This document shows positions 44,135 to 46,638 of a stretch of 46,638 nt of DNA, piece by piece. The translations under genes were made by a program, and so were the position numbers. The stretch's first letter is position 1, and every line of letters begins with the position of its first letter. The notes beneath the pieces are model-generated. The model did no database searches. It was not told the origin of the DNA and saw only the letters and a program-made list of their open reading frames with translations. Source of the DNA: Nitrospiraceae bacterium (GTDB lineage: Bacteria > Nitrospirota > Nitrospiria > Nitrospirales > Nitrospiraceae); assembly GCA_037442105.1 (NCBI GenBank), contig JBBIQV010000004.1:62001-108638 (forward strand), in the 5' to 3' direction.

Positions 44135-45202
44135 ATGGACGGCTACGCCTATTCCAACGCTCGAATCCGTGCCATGCGGGGCCGGCTGCTGAACCGAGCC
44201 TGGTACGAAACACTGCTTGGGCAGGACACGTTTGGAGGGCTCGTGGAAGCTCTGAAGAATTCGCCCTATGGCCCTATGTTGGCGCACCCTCTTGAAGGGG
44301 TTGACGCCTCACGTCTTACTGCGACAGTTGTGCAAATAGACGAAGCGCTCCGGCTGGATCTGACCAGGAATCTCAGCCGGCTTCGACATTTCCACTCCGA
44401 CCGTCCACTCGAATTGGTGGACCTGCTCTGCTTCCGCTGGGATGTGTACAACGTCAAAACCATCCTGCGGGCTAAGCGCGCGGCTGCGCAAGTCCAAGAG
44501 ATCCTGGCCATGACGTTTCCCATCGGCGTGCTCGATGAGGTAGCCCTGGCCGAGCTCGCCAGAGTTCCCACACTCCACGCTGTCGCGAATCTCCTGGATA
44601 CCTGGCGGCTGCCGCTCGCCCGTCCGGTGAGAATGGGGCTCAAACTACTCGGAGAAACCGAGACCTTGCAACCGCTGGAGTTCGAGCTGGACCGTTTCAT
44701 GTATGTCTATGCGTCCAAACAATTGGCCGATGGGAACGACAATGCGCGAGCCGTAAAGAACTATGTCCGATTCCTTGTCGACAAGGCGAATCTGCTGACC
44801 GCGCTCCGCTACCTCGCTGAACGGAGCGCGCTGTCGCCGATCGAGGCCGTACGGCATTTTCTTGACGCTGACGGGCGGTTCACCCCCGCGCATTTCGAAG
44901 CCATCGCCGGGGCTCGTGATCTGCGTGACGGACTGTCCAAGATTGCTGCGACGCCCTATGGTTGGCTTACGCGAACGTTTGCCGGAGGGGAGCGTATATC
45001 CCTCCCGCTCATCGAAAGGAAGTTGGACCACATGGCTCTTGGCACGGCGTTGAATTTCGCCAGACAAGATCCACTCGGCATCGGGATGGCGATCACCTAT
45101 CTCGAACAGAAGACCAACGAGATTCGCAACCTTCGAATGATTCTGCGCGCCAAAGTTGCGGGGATGGACAACGAACTGACTCGGGAATGGCTGATCATTT
45201 GA
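44135..45202 (+). CDS. atpC: V/A-type ATPase subunit C (d)
   Basis: YAYSNARIRAMRGRLL, WDVYNVKTILR, D..NLLTALR, YL..K.NEIRNLRMI. Confidence 0.92.
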   Translation: MDGYAYSNARIRAMRGRLLNRAWYETLLGQDTFGGLVEALKNSPYGPMLAHPLEGVDASRLTATVVQIDEALRLDLTRNLSRLRHFHSDRPLELVDLLCFRWDVYNVKTILRAKRAAAQVQEILAMTFPIGVLDEVALAELARVPTLHAVANLLDTWRLPLARPVRMGLKLLGETETLQPLEFELDRFMYVYASKQLADGNDNARAVKNYVRFLVDKANLLTALRYLAERSALSPIEAVRHFLDADGRFTPAHFEAIAGARDLRDGLSKIAATPYGWLTRTFAGGERISLPLIERKLDHMALGTALNFARQDPLGIGMAITYLEQKTNEIRNLRMILRAKVAGMDNELTREWLII

Positions 45203-45205
45203 TGC

Positions 45206-45297
45206 GGGCAAGGGGTATGGAGCTAGGGGCGCGAGGCAAGAGGACAACGTTGGGTAACATCATCTTTCCTCTAGCCGCTCGCCTCGTGCCTCGCGCC
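45206..45297. repeat. Heptamer tandem-repeat hairpin (GAGGC/GCCTC family) between subunits C and F
   Basis: GGGGCGC GAGGCAA GAGG ... CCTCTAG CCGCTCG CCTCGTG CCTCGCG CC. Confidence 0.72.
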
Positions 45298-45311
45298 GGC
45301 TGTGGTGTTCT

Positions 45312-45641
45312 ATGGCCCGATTAATTGTCATCACCGATCCCGACACGGCATTGGGGTTTTGTCTAGCCGGTGTCCAAGTTCACGAAGTGAGCGACGAGGA
45401 AGCTGGCGCGACCCAACTTCTCACGCTGCTGCGGAGCAAAGAAGCCGGGATCGTGATCTATAACGAAGAGTTCCAGTCGGCGCTCCCGGCGAAAAGCCGA
45501 GTCGCATTGGAGGAAAGCATCACTCCGGTGTTTTTCGCCATCCCGGTGGCACAGGCTCAGCGGGCGGGAGAACCGCGCGAGCAATACCTGGCACGCCTGC
45601 TCCGTCGAGCGATCGGGTATCAGGTGAAAATTAGGAGGTAG
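45312..45641 (+). CDS. atpF: V/A-type ATPase subunit F
   Basis: VITDPDTALGFCLAGV ... RLLRRAIGY. Confidence 0.92.
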   Translation: MARLIVITDPDTALGFCLAGVQVHEVSDEEAGATQLLTLLRSKEAGIVIYNEEFQSALPAKSRVALEESITPVFFAIPVAQAQRAGEPREQYLARLLRRAIGYQVKIRR

Positions 45642-45693
45642 CTGTCAGCAATCAGCAGTCAGCAAAGAAGCTGAGAGCTGATCGCTGAGAGCT
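45640..45693. repeat. Heptamer tandem-repeat hairpin between subunits F and A
   Basis: AGCTGTC AGCAATC AGCAGTC AGC ... GCTGAGA GCTGATC GCTGAGA GCT. Confidence 0.8.
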
Positions 45694-45705
45694 TCCCAGC
45701 TACTT

Positions 45706-46638
45706 ATGAGCGGCACCATCATCAAAATTTCCGGTCCGACGGTCGTTGCACGAGGCATGGAACAGACGCGCATGTTTAACCGTGTGGCTGTCGGGACCCA
45801 GGGCTTGCTGGGAGAAGTGATCCGCCTTCTGGGCGGCGAAGCCACGATTCAGGTCTATGAGGACACCACTGGGTTGGCGCTTGGCGAGGATGTGGTCGAC
45901 GCAGGCGAGCCGCTTCAAGTCGAACTGGGGCCGGGGCTGCTTGGATCAATTTTTGACGGTGTCCAGCGACCGCTGGATATGATCGCCGCTCAGCAGGGGG
46001 TCTGGATCTCCCGTGGGTTGACCGTACCGGCGCTCTCACGGGAACGACGATGGGAGTTTACGCCGACGGTGCGCGTCGGAGCTTCCGTCACCGGCGGAAT
46101 GTGTATCGGCATCGTGAGGGAGACCGCCAAGGTCGAACATCGCATTTTGGTTCCTCCTGGCACCGCGGGAACGATCCAAGACATTCGTGCGGGCACTGTC
46201 ATGATTGAAGAGCCGATCGCCTGGCTCGACGGAGATCGCCCGATCGCGATGCTCCAGCGTTGGCCGGTGAGGACGCCTCGCCCGGTGACCGATCGCCTGC
46301 CGCCGGTCGTCCCGTTCATCACAGGCCAACGGGTCTTCGACATGTTGTTCCCGATCGCCTCCGGTGGGACCGTGATTGTTCCCGGTGGATTCGGAACGGG
46401 CAAGACGGTGGTAGAGCAGACCCTGGCTAAACACGCGCAGGCGGACATCATCATTTACATCGGGTGTGGAGAACGCGGCAATGAAATGACCGAGGTCCTG
46501 ACCGACTTCCCTCGGTTGAAAGATCCAACCTCCGGCTTGCCGCTGATGGAGCGGACGGTGCTCGTGATCAATACGTCGAACATGCCGGTGGCGGCTCGGG
46601 AGACCTCGATCTACACCGGAATTACCATTTCCGAGTAC
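45706..46638 (+). CDS. atpA: V/A-type ATPase catalytic subunit A (3' end outside window)
   Basis: Hand translation (not in the ORF track, no stop in window): [50 protein letters not shown], Walker [29 protein letters not shown]. Confidence 0.96.
   Translation, partial: MSGTIIKISGPTVVARGMEQTRMFNRVAVGTQGLLGEVIRLLGGEATIQVYEDTTGLALGEDVVDAGEPLQVELGPGLLGSIFDGVQRPLDMIAAQQGVWISRGLTVPALSRERRWEFTPTVRVGASVTGGMCIGIVRETAKVEHRILVPPGTAGTIQDIRAGTVMIEEPIAWLDGDRPIAMLQRWPVRTPRPVTDRLPPVVPFITGQRVFDMLFPIASGGTVIVPGGFGTGKTVVEQTLAKHAQADIIIYIGCGERGNEMTEVLTDFPRLKDPTSGLPLMERTVLVINTSNMPVAARETSIYTGITISEY

Noticed and set aside
21341..45693. Tandem repeats as a CRISPR array
   Set aside because: Units are 6-7 nt and degenerate, with no unique spacers and no cas genes
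11000..46638. Mobile genomic island or prophage
   Set aside because: No integrase, transposase, tRNA, att repeats or phage genes seen; composition looks similar to the housekeeping part

Overview
High-GC bacterial chromosome window, almost all coded on the + strand. Gene content (PorD/ForD-like delta subunits, Hyf-like complex, mod cluster with porin, many sigma54 promoters) resembles Nitrospira/Nitrospirota; that assignment is inference. (1) 1-3.8 kb: housekeeping alaS-ruvX-mltG-deoC. (2) 3.9-11 kb: extended molybdate-uptake cluster (XRE-PBP regulator, divergent ModA-like protein, lipoprotein, OprO/P-like porin, modABC), then a small DnaA-box cluster. (3) From ~11.3 kb to the end, a ~35 kb energy-metabolism region with five candidate sigma54 promoters. 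It holds a degenerate ABC exporter, a PAS kinase and NtrC-type regulator, two orphan PorD/ForD-like proteins flanking a catalytically degenerate KorA-like protein, a Hyf-like (Ehr) complex lacking NiFe ligands, a Cys-rich PAS-LuxR regulator and cupredoxin-like genes, then a putative operon: cytochrome c, Cyc2-like cytochrome-porin, Rieske, cytochrome b/c fusion and a Thermus-type V/A-ATPase (G-I-K-E-C-F-A, cut by the window end). Best candidate new system: a Cyc2-like extracellular electron-transfer chain coupled to a bc complex, V/A-ATPase and possibly the Ehr complex. Many gene junctions after 21 kb carry short-tandem-repeat (6-7 nt) hairpin elements. Product calls come from motif recognition only; no database searches were run.
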